From Bacteroidota bacterium (GTDB lineage Bacteria > Bacteroidota > Bacteroidia > AKYH767-A > 2013-40CM-41-45): a stretch of 64,000 bases of DNA. The notes under the pieces are model-generated. The model was not told the origin of the DNA. It worked only from the letters and a program-made list of their open reading frames with translations, and ran no database searches. How positions within the stretch are numbered: position 1 is the first letter of the stretch; every line of letters begins with the position of its first letter. A program made the position numbers and the translations under genes. Below are positions 17,164 through 27,436 of the stretch, piece by piece. The stretch covers positions 87,405-151,404 of the forward strand of contig JANNBB010000051.1 in the NCBI GenBank assembly GCA_031385005.1, given 5' to 3'.

Positions 17164-19872
17164 TTAATAAACCACTAATTTTTTGGAGCTCTTCAGAAAC
17201 TCCCCTTGAATACTAATAATATACAAACCCGCCTTTAGATTTGCCTCTTCTTTTTCAATGGTTAATATTTCGTCACTTGAATTGGAAAATTGTTTGCTAA
17301 AAAATAAATTATCCTCCGGATTAATTATTCTAACAATAACATTATTTTCTAAGGTCCCGTTTATTTTAATATGAATACTCCCTTCCGTTGGATTCGGATA
17401 AATACTTACTTCAGCATTTTCATCTATTCCATTGTCATTTGCATACTTCATAGGTGCAATTGCAGGTTTCTGAATACTGAAATCGTCTTCGATAACTCCT
17501 GTGGAGTTCAGAAAACTGCATTGCAAAACTCCTCCTGTAACATTCAGAATTAAACTGCCATACCCTGATATAATTGATTTATACATGGCATTATGTGGAT
17601 AACCGGGGGAAGTTGCTCCGTAGGCCTGACCGGAAACACCACATACAACGTAAACGGTTCCTGGTCCTGTCCTTGTTGTTTTAGAAAAAGGACCGCTACC
17701 TGACTGAATTACATTTCCGGCCGGGTAAATTGCAGGATTGAAATTAGTTTCCAAACCGGTTTGCCCTTTCATAAAAAAACTGCGTTCATAACTATGACTA
17801 TGCCCACTTAGAACGAGATCAACTCCAAAAGATTCCAAAAGAGGGACAATGTTAATTCGCATGTCTATTAATTCTGTTTCTGTATCTGAATCATGACTAC
17901 CTTTCGAATATGGCGGGTGATGGAAAGCAACAATTGTCCATTGTTGAGTATTGTTTAACAAATCACCTTGAAGCCAGTTATACATGGCACTTGAAGAATT
18001 ATTATACGATCCATAACTATCCAGAGAAATGAAATGTATGTTCCCATAATTTGTGGAATAATATTTTTCCGTACCAGAAGTAGCTGAAGGGATTGTGAAA
18101 ATATTGAAGTAAGGAAAATTTAATCCAAGCGATGCGCTACTTTGATAACCCGACTGACCGTAATCATGGTTTCCTGGTGTAGGAAAAATCGGTGTGTTTT
18201 TAAATATTGAATTGTAGACATTGAATACGTTGTTTTGATATTCAAGATCTGTACCATTGGTATATGCATTATCACCAAGCCACATCCATCCGTTAATGTC
18301 CTGACCGGTTGAATAATTCGAAAATGAATTTCGCACTGCCAGTTGTCCCGAACTTCCATTTCCAAAATCGCCTGTCACCCAAAATTTAATAGGCGTTGAG
18401 CTTGCATTAGCCGGAGCCGTTAAAAAAGAATTATCGATACCGGATTGTAAAACACTTCCAACAGGACCAATGGAGTAATAATATTTTGTATTCGGCGAAA
18501 GTGCACTCACATTAACGGAGTGTTCAATACTTGAATTTAAATCTGTTATTGTATTGATTAACGTACTTGGAGAACTACCATATTTTACCTCGCTATTAGT
18601 AGCTGTACTTGTTCGCCATTGTATTTGAATTCCGGAACTTGTAGATACTGTCAAATATGGTCCACGTATAAGTGTTACAGTACTTGTTCCCGCTAATGTG
18701 GAAAACCAGCCGCTTGTTGAAAAAACACTCGTTCCTCCACTACAAACTGATTGAACAATAAATTCATAATTGGTACCCGGCGCTAAACTATTTAAATCCA
18801 GATAGGTTAAGTTTGTTGTAAATGGAGTAGAATAATTCGCTCCGGAATTTCTGATGCGGTATTCTACATTATAGGAAGATGCTCCTGTAACTGAATTCCA
18901 AAAGACCTGAACGGATGTTGCCGTTTTATTTCTTGTTCCAAAATAATTTACATTGGGAATGGAGCAAGAAGTAGTTGGACCTGTATAGATCGAGGTAGTA
19001 AACCAACCGCTTGTTGAAAATGCACTTACTGTTCCCCCTGCACAAACGGTTTGTACAATAAATTCATAGTTTGTTGAAGATTGAAGGCTTGATAAAATGA
19101 TAGATGTAGTACTTGTGTTGACAGGCAAAGAATACATAGCACCGGAATTTCGAATTCGGTAGGCGACTGAATACGATTGAGCACCTGAAATGGTTTGCCA
19201 AAACACATTAGCCGTTGAAGATAATAAATTTGATACTCCGAATAAATTCGAATTAGGAATAGCACATGTCCCGGCGGCTACTATATTTCCGATTAATTGT
19301 AATTCATAAGTCAGGTCACTTGAATTTGGAGAACTGTTATGCACTTCTGCTGCCACAACATTGTTGCCATTAACAAATAGAGATGCGGGTAAAAGAACAG
19401 TGAAAACCGTATTACCATCATCAGCACATCCTAAACTGGCCCAGGTGTTATAATATATGTTACCTGCCGGCATATTACTTCGATAGACCTCGACGCCATT
19501 TATATAAACGACGATACCATCATCCCTTCTGATCTTAAGCGTAAATCCTGAATATTGGGAAATGTTAGTAAGACTAACTGCTTTTCTGAAATAATAACAA
19601 TTTTTATAGCCAACAACTGATGTAGCTGGAAAATCGCCATAACCTAACTCGGCTGCTCCCGTTGACCAAAGTGCGTCACTATAGGCTAGAGATCTCCAGC
19701 CGACATCCTGATTGGAACCATTATCTAAATATTTCCATGCAGCATTTGCCGGAATTAAAACTGTTTGTGCGCTTGCTTTATATCCTAAAATAAATATACT
19801 GAATAGGACGAGAAATAAAAAAACGAAAAAAGAAAACGCGAGTTGGATTAAATAACCTTTTATCTTTTTCAT
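17164..19872 (-). CDS. calcineurin-like metallophosphoesterase (purple acid phosphatase-like) with two Fn3 domains and T9SS C-terminal domain
   Basis: Metallophosphatase motifs GDFGNG, GDNAY, GNHDY, FHHPPYS, GHSHSYER. Two fibronectin-III-like repeats (…YRIRNSGA.YS…NYEFIVQ.VC.GGT…). C-terminal 'IYPNPTEGSIHIKING…' T9SS CTD. Signal peptide/TM at the N-terminus. Confidence 0.75.
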   Translation of the reverse strand: MKKIKGYLIQLAFSFFVFLFLVLFSIFILGYKASAQTVLIPANAAWKYLDNGSNQDVGWRSLAYSDALWSTGAAELGYGDFPATSVVGYKNCYYFRKAVSLTNISQYSGFTLKIRRDDGIVVYINGVEVYRSNMPAGNIYYNTWASLGCADDGNTVFTVLLPASLFVNGNNVVAAEVHNSSPNSSDLTYELQLIGNIVAAGTCAIPNSNLFGVSNLLSSTANVFWQTISGAQSYSVAYRIRNSGAMYSLPVNTSTTSIILSSLQSSTNYEFIVQTVCAGGTVSAFSTSGWFTTSIYTGPTTSCSIPNVNYFGTRNKTATSVQVFWNSVTGASSYNVEYRIRNSGANYSTPFTTNLTYLDLNSLAPGTNYEFIVQSVCSGGTSVFSTSGWFSTLAGTSTVTLIRGPYLTVSTSSGIQIQWRTSTATNSEVKYGSSPSTLINTITDLNSSIEHSVNVSALSPNTKYYYSIGPVGSVLQSGIDNSFLTAPANASSTPIKFWVTGDFGNGSSGQLAVRNSFSNYSTGQDINGWMWLGDNAYTNGTDLEYQNNVFNVYNSIFKNTPIFPTPGNHDYGQSGYQSSASLGLNFPYFNIFTIPSATSGTEKYYSTNYGNIHFISLDSYGSYNNSSSAMYNWLQGDLLNNTQQWTIVAFHHPPYSKGSHDSDTETELIDMRINIVPLLESFGVDLVLSGHSHSYERSFFMKGQTGLETNFNPAIYPAGNVIQSGSGPFSKTTRTGPGTVYVVCGVSGQAYGATSPGYPHNAMYKSIISGYGSLILNVTGGVLQCSFLNSTGVIEDDFSIQKPAIAPMKYANDNGIDENAEVSIYPNPTEGSIHIKINGTLENNVIVRIINPEDNLFFSKQFSNSSDEILTIEKEEANLKAGLYIISIQGEFLKSSKKLVVY

Positions 19873-20086
19873 AGAATAAAGGTCATAATCAAAAAAAGAT
19901 ATTTGATTACATAATTATTTTCTCAATTTGCATAATTAATATTTAATTAGAAAAATTTAAATTTTCGTGTCTTTTATCTCTGCAAAACACAATTTTGATT
20001 AATTCAATCCTCAAAATTCATTTAAGGCACATAATTTCACGTTGAAATTTATTGAAATTTTAAGCTAGTTAAATTTACGAGTCTTT

Positions 20087-21010
20087 TTAAGAAATTTCTT
20101 TTGAAATTAAAACAGAGTATTCATTTGGAATAATTTTATTTCCGTGTTTGAGTGCATACACTTTTGTAAACTCTGCACCGAAATAAAGTATGATTGCCGA
20201 ATAATATACCCAAACCAAAATTAATATTACAGAACCGGCTGCTCCATAAACAGAAGCGACTGCAGTGCTGCCGAGATAAAATCCAATCGCAAATTTTCCC
20301 AACATAAAAAGAAAAGAGGTGAATGCTGCGCCAATTAAACAATCAATCAGAGATATTTTACCATCAGGAAGTGTTCGAAAAACGACAGTGAAAAGTAAGG
20401 TAATGATCATAAATACAAGCAGAAGATTAACGATATAAATCAGATAAATTGTATCCACCGGAAAATATTCAACTAATCGATTATTTAACAAATCCATCAA
20501 TGAGTTAACAATTAAGCCGACTAATAAAAGAAATCCAACAGAACCAATCATTGAAAAAGACATTAATCGGTTTTTAATAAACTTGATTAGTCCACGTTTA
20601 GGTTTGGCTTTGATACCCCAGATGTAATTAATAGAATCCTGAATTTCGGCAAAAACACCGGATGCACCGATTAATAAAATCAATAAACCTACAACTGTCG
20701 CAAATACGTTGTTACTTGAAAGTTTTACATTCTTAATTGTTTCTTGTATTTGTATTGCAGCATCGTTTCCAACTAAGCCATTAATTTGACCGAATAATTG
20801 TCCTTTTACTGCTTCTTGCCCAAAAAATATTCCGCTCAAGCTTATAATAATTATAAGTAAAGGAGGCAATGAAAAAATTGTATAATAGGAAAGAGCAGCA
20901 CTTAACTTAATAGCATTGTCGTTAATAAATTCGTTAAATGTTTCCTTAAAAAGAAATTTAATATTACTTAATGTCTTGCTTACATTCATCTCATAAAGTA
21001 TTGTAAACAA
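20087..21010 (-). CDS. YihY/BrkB family inner-membrane protein
   Basis: 307 aa with 6 TM helices. Contains the conserved AAALSYYTIFSLPPLL motif characteristic of YihY/virulence factor BrkB (formerly RNase BN) family proteins. Confidence 0.7.
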   Translation of the reverse strand: MFTILYEMNVSKTLSNIKFLFKETFNEFINDNAIKLSAALSYYTIFSLPPLLIIIISLSGIFFGQEAVKGQLFGQINGLVGNDAAIQIQETIKNVKLSSNNVFATVVGLLILLIGASGVFAEIQDSINYIWGIKAKPKRGLIKFIKNRLMSFSMIGSVGFLLLVGLIVNSLMDLLNNRLVEYFPVDTIYLIYIVNLLLVFMIITLLFTVVFRTLPDGKISLIDCLIGAAFTSFLFMLGKFAIGFYLGSTAVASVYGAAGSVILILVWVYYSAIILYFGAEFTKVYALKHGNKIIPNEYSVLISKEIS

Positions 21011-21040
21011 AAAAAGAACTCGGGGAATATGAATTAAGCA

Positions 21041-21928
21041 TTAATCAATAGAATGCACAAAGTCTTCCACATGTTTATTGAATACTTCTGCTCTTTCGAG
21101 GTTTGAAAGATGACCGGCTCCGTCTATAATTTCCAAAACAGAACCCTTAATTTTTTGATTCATGTATTCCGACTTGACAACAGGTGTAACCGAATCTTCC
21201 TTTCCGCAAATAATTAATGTCGGAACATCAATCCGGTCGAGCATAGAACATCGGTCGTCTCTCTTTGCCAACGCATTTAATGCACCTGAAATAACTGAAG
21301 GTGTTGTAGCCAATATTGTATCGGCAATAAATTTTACCAACTCTCTGTTTGATGTAAGGGTTTCCTTATAAAAAATTGCATTAACAAATGATGTAGAAAA
21401 CTCGGGTAATCCACCGGCATTAATTTGCTGAATAGATTTTTTTCGCTTTTCTTTTGCTTCCGCAGAATCACCGGTACATTGTGTATCGGCAAGAATAATG
21501 GCTTTAAATCGATTCGGATATCGTAAAACAGCATCCAATAAAATGTAACCACCCATAGATAACCCACAGACAACTGCCTTTTTAATTTTTAACACATCCA
21601 TTAATGCGATTAAATCATCAGCATATAAAGACATACTTGGCTCTTGATCGTTGGTAGTTGATTTGCCAAATCCACGAATATCATAAGAAATTACACGATG
21701 ATTGAGCATTAATTGCTCCATTTGAGGCAACCACATCGATTTCTCAAAAGGAAAACCATGGATAAATAGAATCGGCTGAGCTTCCTTTCCGGAATCGAAA
21801 TAACTTACATTTATTCCATTAACCTGAATCAATCTTTCTTTCATAGATTTAGTTAGAACATCCGGGGAATATGAAATATTAGGTGATAAATTAGTAGTTA
21901 AATCTGAGTTAAAACTCTCATTGGACAT
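21041..21928 (-). CDS. alpha/beta-fold hydrolase
   Basis: GxSxG nucleophile elbow (GLSMGG), HGFP oxyanion region, and a C-terminal His (GAGHLSN) consistent with a Ser-Asp-His triad. Confidence 0.7.
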   Translation of the reverse strand: MSNESFNSDLTTNLSPNISYSPDVLTKSMKERLIQVNGINVSYFDSGKEAQPILFIHGFPFEKSMWLPQMEQLMLNHRVISYDIRGFGKSTTNDQEPSMSLYADDLIALMDVLKIKKAVVCGLSMGGYILLDAVLRYPNRFKAIILADTQCTGDSAEAKEKRKKSIQQINAGGLPEFSTSFVNAIFYKETLTSNRELVKFIADTILATTPSVISGALNALAKRDDRCSMLDRIDVPTLIICGKEDSVTPVVKSEYMNQKIKGSVLEIIDGAGHLSNLERAEVFNKHVEDFVHSID

Positions 21929-21987
21929 GCTTTTTAATTTTAATATTGTAAATATAATTGATTTTTATTTAAAAACAATTCAAGCTT

Positions 21988-22215
21988 TTATTCTGCAATT
22001 GTTTTTAAACGCATTCCAAACATTCTAGCTGCGTTTTGCTCTTGCTTAATTTTTGCAGTTTCATAAGAATCAATATTTTTCAAAGGAATAAAATAATATT
22101 CCAATTTTGCCTTTTCAATATTGTATTTCTTAATAATTCGTCCTTTATCCATATCGTGTCCTGATATTACTTGTTTATCAGCATAAGTCTTTAGATTACT
22201 GTTCAAATTTCTCAT
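21988..22215 (-). CDS. hypothetical protein (75 aa)
   Basis: ORF with a reasonable codon pattern and no recognisable motif. Confidence 0.3.
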   Translation of the reverse strand: MRNLNSNLKTYADKQVISGHDMDKGRIIKKYNIEKAKLEYYFIPLKNIDSYETAKIKQEQNAARMFGMRLKTIAE

Positions 22216-22284
22216 ATACTTACTTTTATAAAAATGGTTAACTAATACTTCTTTTGAATGGAAACAACCATTTAATCATATTTA

Positions 22285-22749
22285 TTACTTTTTTACATCA
22301 TTAAAAGCCACTTCACTATATTGATCTTCCAATTGACTTAATTCATTATAGAATTCACTTTCAAATTCTCTCCAGTTTCCTTTACCATTCCGAATATAAT
22401 TGTCCAGGTCTTCTTTGCATTGCATGTTTGTAAATTTCAGTTTTTCAATTCTAATAAGCTCTTCTTCTGCTATTCTTGAATTAGAGAAATTTAAATGACT
22501 AATTAATCTGACATATTTGTAATCATTGCGTCTTATACGAGCCTTCGCTTCTTCAATAAACTTCTCATAATCGCTGTTAACGAATTTTTGAGAACTGGAA
22601 ATCTCCGGCATAGCCTCTGCGGTTTGCTTACTTTCTTTGATTGATGTATTAACTTCATGATTAATGTTTTTTCTGTTTGTTTTGCAATTTGTTAAAACAA
22701 CTCCCGCAACGACTATCGCAATTAACGGGAAAACTAAAATAGTTCTCAT
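22285..22749 (-). CDS. hypothetical lipoprotein
   Basis: Signal peptide plus a Cys lipobox-like site (VVLTNCKT). Charged coiled-coil-like remainder. Confidence 0.4.
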   Translation of the reverse strand: MRTILVFPLIAIVVAGVVLTNCKTNRKNINHEVNTSIKESKQTAEAMPEISSSQKFVNSDYEKFIEEAKARIRRNDYKYVRLISHLNFSNSRIAEEELIRIEKLKFTNMQCKEDLDNYIRNGKGNWREFESEFYNELSQLEDQYSEVAFNDVKK

Positions 22750-23139
22750 GGTGATTTTTTTTATTCCGGTTGCTTATTTCTAAAAAATTAAACTAATTTA
22801 TAGGAACCGCCTTTTATAATTTTAAATTTTTGATATTAAATCGTGTAATTCTTCTTTTGACTTGATATTTATAAATACTGATACAAATGTCCGTTACTTG
22901 GCAGAATTAACCATTATATAATTATTCAAAATATTTTCATAATTAGATAAATATTGAAAACCCTTTAAACAAAGGCATTGGGATTAGTAAATAGTCAAAA
23001 GACGGTATGGAGTAATTAATAATGCCAATAAAAACAAATTGAATTACTTCGAAAAAGCGATTTTTGTATTTCTACATCACCTGCAATTGGAATATATTCC
23101 CGTTCAACTTTAGGAATAAAAAAAGTAAATCCCGATTTG

Positions 23140-24405
23140 TTATCTCTTGGTATCTCTTGGTTTACCATGCCAGCGTTTTTCTCCTCCGGTACTTGCAGTT
23201 GCTGTTTTCTTTGGTGTATGTGAAGGTCTGCGTTGAAAAGGTTGTTTGACAACTTTAACCGGATTATGGTCGACTAAAGGGAATAATTCGTTTTCAGCAA
23301 CAGGAATTTTTTTCCCGATTAGTTTCTCTATGTCTTTTAAATATGCTTTCTCTTCTGCGTCGCAAAAAGAAAAGGCAGTGCCTTCCGCACCGGCACGACC
23401 GGTTCTTCCAATGCGGTGTACATATGTTTCAGGAATATTGGGCATTTCAAAATTAACGACAAACTGCAAGTCGTCGACATCAATACCCCGTGCAGCAATA
23501 TCCGTTGCAACCAAAACACGGGTAGTTTGCGCCTTAAAATTACTTAATGCACGTTGCCTTGCATTTTGTGCTTTATTTCCGTGAATAGCCTCTGCTTTAA
23601 TATGATTTTTTATAAGGACTTTTACTACTTTATCAGCCCCATGTTTAGTCCGTGTGAAAACCAAAGCGGTTTTTATTTTTTTATCTTTTAAAAGTTCCAA
23701 CAACAAATCCGGCTTGTTTCCTTTATCGACAAAATAAATGAACTGTTTTATTGTATCAGCCGTCGAAGAAACCGGAGTAACTTCAACTTTTACCGGATGA
23801 TGAAGTATTGTATGTGAAAGTTTAACAATCTCCGGAGGCATAGTAGCTGAAAAGAATAATGATTGCCGTTTATGAGGAAGGGTTGCAATAATTTTTTTGA
23901 CATCGTGAATAAATCCCATATCGAGCATTCGATCGGCTTCATCCAGTACAAATATCTCAATGTCCTTAAATGATATATGACCTTGGTTCATCAGATCCAA
24001 TAACCTTCCCGGCGTGGCTACAAGAATATCGATTCCTCTTTGCAATGCTGTAACCTGAGAACCTTGATTTACTCCTCCGAAAATTACGGTTGATGTGAGA
24101 GGAAGGTGTCTTCCATAAGTTTTAAAGCTTTCCCCAATCTGTATAGCGAGTTCACGTGTTGGAGTTACAATCAGGCACCGAATCTTCTTTTTCTTTTCGT
24201 TCGGAAGATGTGCATGAAGTAACTGCATAATAGGAATAGCAAATGCAGCAGTCTTTCCAGTTCCTGTCTGAGCACAACCAAGCAAATCGGTTCCTTTTAA
24301 AACAATGGGAATTGCTTGTTGCTGTATGGGTGTCGGGGTAACGTAACCTTCTTCTTTTAATGCTTTTAGAATAGGGTCGATGATGTGTAACGATTTAAAG
24401 GGCAT
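23140..24405 (-). CDS. rhlE: DEAD-box ATP-dependent RNA helicase (RhlE-like)
   Basis: Motifs: Q-motif region, AQTGTGKT (motif I), PTRELA (Ia), DEAD (II), SAT (III), [10 protein letters not shown] (VI). Basic C-terminal tail. Confidence 0.85.
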   Translation of the reverse strand: MPFKSLHIIDPILKALKEEGYVTPTPIQQQAIPIVLKGTDLLGCAQTGTGKTAAFAIPIMQLLHAHLPNEKKKKIRCLIVTPTRELAIQIGESFKTYGRHLPLTSTVIFGGVNQGSQVTALQRGIDILVATPGRLLDLMNQGHISFKDIEIFVLDEADRMLDMGFIHDVKKIIATLPHKRQSLFFSATMPPEIVKLSHTILHHPVKVEVTPVSSTADTIKQFIYFVDKGNKPDLLLELLKDKKIKTALVFTRTKHGADKVVKVLIKNHIKAEAIHGNKAQNARQRALSNFKAQTTRVLVATDIAARGIDVDDLQFVVNFEMPNIPETYVHRIGRTGRAGAEGTAFSFCDAEEKAYLKDIEKLIGKKIPVAENELFPLVDHNPVKVVKQPFQRRPSHTPKKTATASTGGEKRWHGKPRDTKR

Positions 24406-24660
24406 AGTTAATTTTTATACCGGCGTAGTTTTAGAAATCAGGTAAAATTTTGAGACCAGAATAGCCGGAGATTTAAAGTGTTGCAAGATACACTTTTAAT
24501 TAGAGTATAGATTGTACAAATAAAGAATTATACTACTGTTTTTTCAAGTTGAATTTCTTAATTTACTAACAAGATCCACATAATACAATTGAAAAAACTT
24601 TTAGTATTTTAGCGTGCCTGCAATTCAAGTTAGTAAGCAATTACCGGCCACACCTTCTCT

Positions 24661-26559
24661 ATGAAAAAAAATCGTTCGCGCTACAAATTACCCGAATCGA
24701 ATAAAGAAACACATTTAAAAGAAGGGCAAAGTGAAACTCACATCAAGTTGGTACGCCTATTTGGCTTGCTGCTTTTTTTTCTGGCATTTCTTTTATATAT
24801 TAAATCTGTTTTAAATGGATATGCCCTTGACGACTATATCGTAATCCTTAAAAACAGATTCACACAAAAGGGCTTAGCCGGTATAGGAGATCTTTTATCA
24901 AAGGACACTTTTGCTGGAATGACAGAAGATAACATCATGGGACTATCAGGAGGTAGATATCGACCACTATCACTAGTAACATTTGCTATAGAACATCAGT
25001 TTTTCGGAAATGCACCCGGCGTTTCGCATGCTATTAATGTAATTATAAATGCATTTAACAGTGTTCTTATTTTTCTCCTTCTACTGAAATTTAAAACATC
25101 TATCTCAACTAATTCTTGGCTAAAGATTTCATTCGTAGCAGCCATTCTATTTACAGTATTACCGGCACATTCAGAGTCAGTTATTAACATAAAAGGCCGC
25201 GACGATTTGCTTTGTCTGTTCTTTTTCCTTCTCGCTTCACTCCGGTTGTTCCAATACGCTTCCATCCCATCAAGCAAGAACTTGATTATTTCCTGTTTAT
25301 TATTTTTCCTTTCGCTGCTAAGTAAAGAAAACGCACTCACTTTTATTGCCATATTTCCATTGTTCTTATTTTTCTTTTCCCGGGCAGAAAATAAAATTAT
25401 TAGAAATACTACCATCGCTTATGCCTGCATCGGTATTGCATTTTTATTTTTCCGCTATATTATAACGAAAGACAACTCCGGTAATGCCAATCAAGAATTG
25501 CTTAACAATCCTTTCCTTTTTGCAACTTTATCGGAGAAGTTTGCAACGCTTTTTTTTGCAAGTACAATGTATTTTAAATTGATAATGTTTCCTATACATA
25601 TGTCATATGATTATAATTTTAACCAGTTTCCAATAATGGTCTTTAACGATTGGAGAGTATTATTTTCCATTCTCCTCCACCTGGCACTTATAACGGTAGC
25701 AATAATATTTTTCAAACGTAAATCTCTTTTTTCTTTTGGCATCTTGTTTTATTTCATCACATTTTCTATCGTGTCTAACTTTTTCTTTAATATCGGAACT
25801 ATTTTTGCTGATCGATTTATTTATATCCCTTCCTTGGGATTTTGTATTATCGTTGCGACAGCCGGGCATTGGGTTTATGATTGGCTAAAAAGAAAACTAA
25901 ATTTAAACACTTCCCGATATCTTCTTCTTGGTGGATTTACTGCGCTAGCTATTTTATATACAATAAGGATTCAAAGCAGAATAGGTGATTGGGAAAACAA
26001 CAATACATTATTTCTGGCCGATGTAGATGATGCCCCGGAAAGTGTAAAGGTGAGAATTAATGCTTGTTTGGCCTACCTTGAGCTTTCAAAAGATAAAACA
26101 GGATTCGAACGCGACTCCATACTAAACAGAGGAATTCCTGAATTGGAGAAAGCGATCTCTATCTACCCTTCATACGCCACCGGCTATCTGAATATGGGAG
26201 TAATTTATAATTGGCAAGGAGAAACCACAAAAGCTGAGGAATGGTGGAATAAAGCGCGCATGGTCGATCCAACAAATAGTAAATTAATGGAATATGATAA
26301 GGTACTTGCCTCTATTTATTTAAATAATGGAATAAAACTTGGTACCGAAAAAAAATTTAACGAAGCAGTTCGTGATTTTCTTCATGCCTTTCGTTATGAT
26401 TCATTGAATGAAGATTTATTATACAACTTAGGTGGCGCATATTATACAATCAACCGTTTTGATAGTGCCTCCCACTATTGGAATAAAGCCTTGCGTATTA
26501 ATCCTTCCAATAATAGAGTAAAAGAAGGGCTTAACGCACTTTCACACATTCAAAAATAA
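24661..26559 (+). CDS. TMTC/DUF1736-like GT-C-fold membrane glycosyltransferase with C-terminal TPR repeats (paralog A)
   Basis: About 11 TM helices. First lumenal loop carries a DD motif (NGYALDDYIVI). Conserved TMTC-type block LPAHSESVINIKGRDDLL (compare TMTC HP.HTEAV....GR.ELL). C-terminal ~180 aa soluble TPR array (…YPSYATGYLNMGVIYNWQGETTKAEEWWNKA…). Confidence 0.65.
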   Translation: MKKNRSRYKLPESNKETHLKEGQSETHIKLVRLFGLLLFFLAFLLYIKSVLNGYALDDYIVILKNRFTQKGLAGIGDLLSKDTFAGMTEDNIMGLSGGRYRPLSLVTFAIEHQFFGNAPGVSHAINVIINAFNSVLIFLLLLKFKTSISTNSWLKISFVAAILFTVLPAHSESVINIKGRDDLLCLFFFLLASLRLFQYASIPSSKNLIISCLLFFLSLLSKENALTFIAIFPLFLFFFSRAENKIIRNTTIAYACIGIAFLFFRYIITKDNSGNANQELLNNPFLFATLSEKFATLFFASTMYFKLIMFPIHMSYDYNFNQFPIMVFNDWRVLFSILLHLALITVAIIFFKRKSLFSFGILFYFITFSIVSNFFFNIGTIFADRFIYIPSLGFCIIVATAGHWVYDWLKRKLNLNTSRYLLLGGFTALAILYTIRIQSRIGDWENNNTLFLADVDDAPESVKVRINACLAYLELSKDKTGFERDSILNRGIPELEKAISIYPSYATGYLNMGVIYNWQGETTKAEEWWNKARMVDPTNSKLMEYDKVLASIYLNNGIKLGTEKKFNEAVRDFLHAFRYDSLNEDLLYNLGGAYYTINRFDSASHYWNKALRINPSNNRVKEGLNALSHIQK

Positions 26560-26602
26560 TTACTAATTAAGTTTAATACCTGATTCAACCAATCCCTTTA
26601 GA

Positions 26603-27355
26603 ATGATAAATGGTAAAAAAATTATTGTAGTACTTCCGGCTTACAATGCTGAACAAACTCTTGAGATTACATATTCTGAAATTCCATTTGATATTGTAGA
26701 TGATGTCATTTTAGTTGACGATGCAAGCAGAGATAATACAGAAATGGTTGCCAGAAACATCGGCATTAAACACATTATTCGACATGAAGTAAATAAAGGA
26801 TATGGCGGAAATCAAAAAACATGTTATGACAAAGCACTCTCTTTGAATGCAGATATCGTTATTATGCTTCATCCCGATTATCAATATACTCCTAAATTAA
26901 TCCCTTCCATTGCCTATCTGATTGCTAACGATCTGTTTCCTGTCGTTCTAGGTTCAAGAATATTAGGAAATGGTGCTTTGAAAGGGGGTATGCCACTTTA
27001 TAAATATTTTTTTAACAGGATGTTGACACTTACTCAAAACTTATTGGTTAATCAAAAATTGTCTGAATACCATACAGGTTACCGAGGATTTTCTCGTAAA
27101 GTATTACTAAGTATAGATTATCATTCCAATTCAGACGATTTCATTTTCGACAATCAAATGTTGTCACAAATAATTTATTCAGAATTCGATATAGGAGAAA
27201 TTTCCTGCCCTGCTAAATACTTTAAAGAAGCATCCTCGATTAATTTTAGCAGAAGTGTAGTTTACGGAATTGGTGTATTAACTGTATCTATAAAACACTT
27301 TTTACAGCGAATGGGATTAGCTAGGTATAAGCTATATCAAAAACGAAAAGAATAA
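26603..27355 (+). CDS. GT2-family glycosyltransferase, DPM1/polyprenyl-phosphate-hexose synthase-like (soluble catalytic domain)
   Basis: IIVVLPAYNAEQTL…VDDASRDNT (DxD region)…HPDYQY. 250 aa with no TM segments, like DPM1/GtrB catalytic domains. Confidence 0.7.
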   Translation: MINGKKIIVVLPAYNAEQTLEITYSEIPFDIVDDVILVDDASRDNTEMVARNIGIKHIIRHEVNKGYGGNQKTCYDKALSLNADIVIMLHPDYQYTPKLIPSIAYLIANDLFPVVLGSRILGNGALKGGMPLYKYFFNRMLTLTQNLLVNQKLSEYHTGYRGFSRKVLLSIDYHSNSDDFIFDNQMLSQIIYSEFDIGEISCPAKYFKEASSINFSRSVVYGIGVLTVSIKHFLQRMGLARYKLYQKRKE

Positions 27356-27436
27356 ATTAATTTCTACTATGAAAAAATTAGAACATTAAATTCGAAATCA
27401 AATAAAATCTATTCTTTCATAATACATGATCGCCAT

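Noticed and set aside
23016-23584. ORFs 23016..23252(-), 23064..23249(+), 23246..23584(+), 23337..23519(-) overlapping the DEAD-box helicase gene and its 3' flank
   Set aside because: They overlap a gene with complete helicase motifs or lie in its AT-rich 3' flank, and no domain signals were seen.
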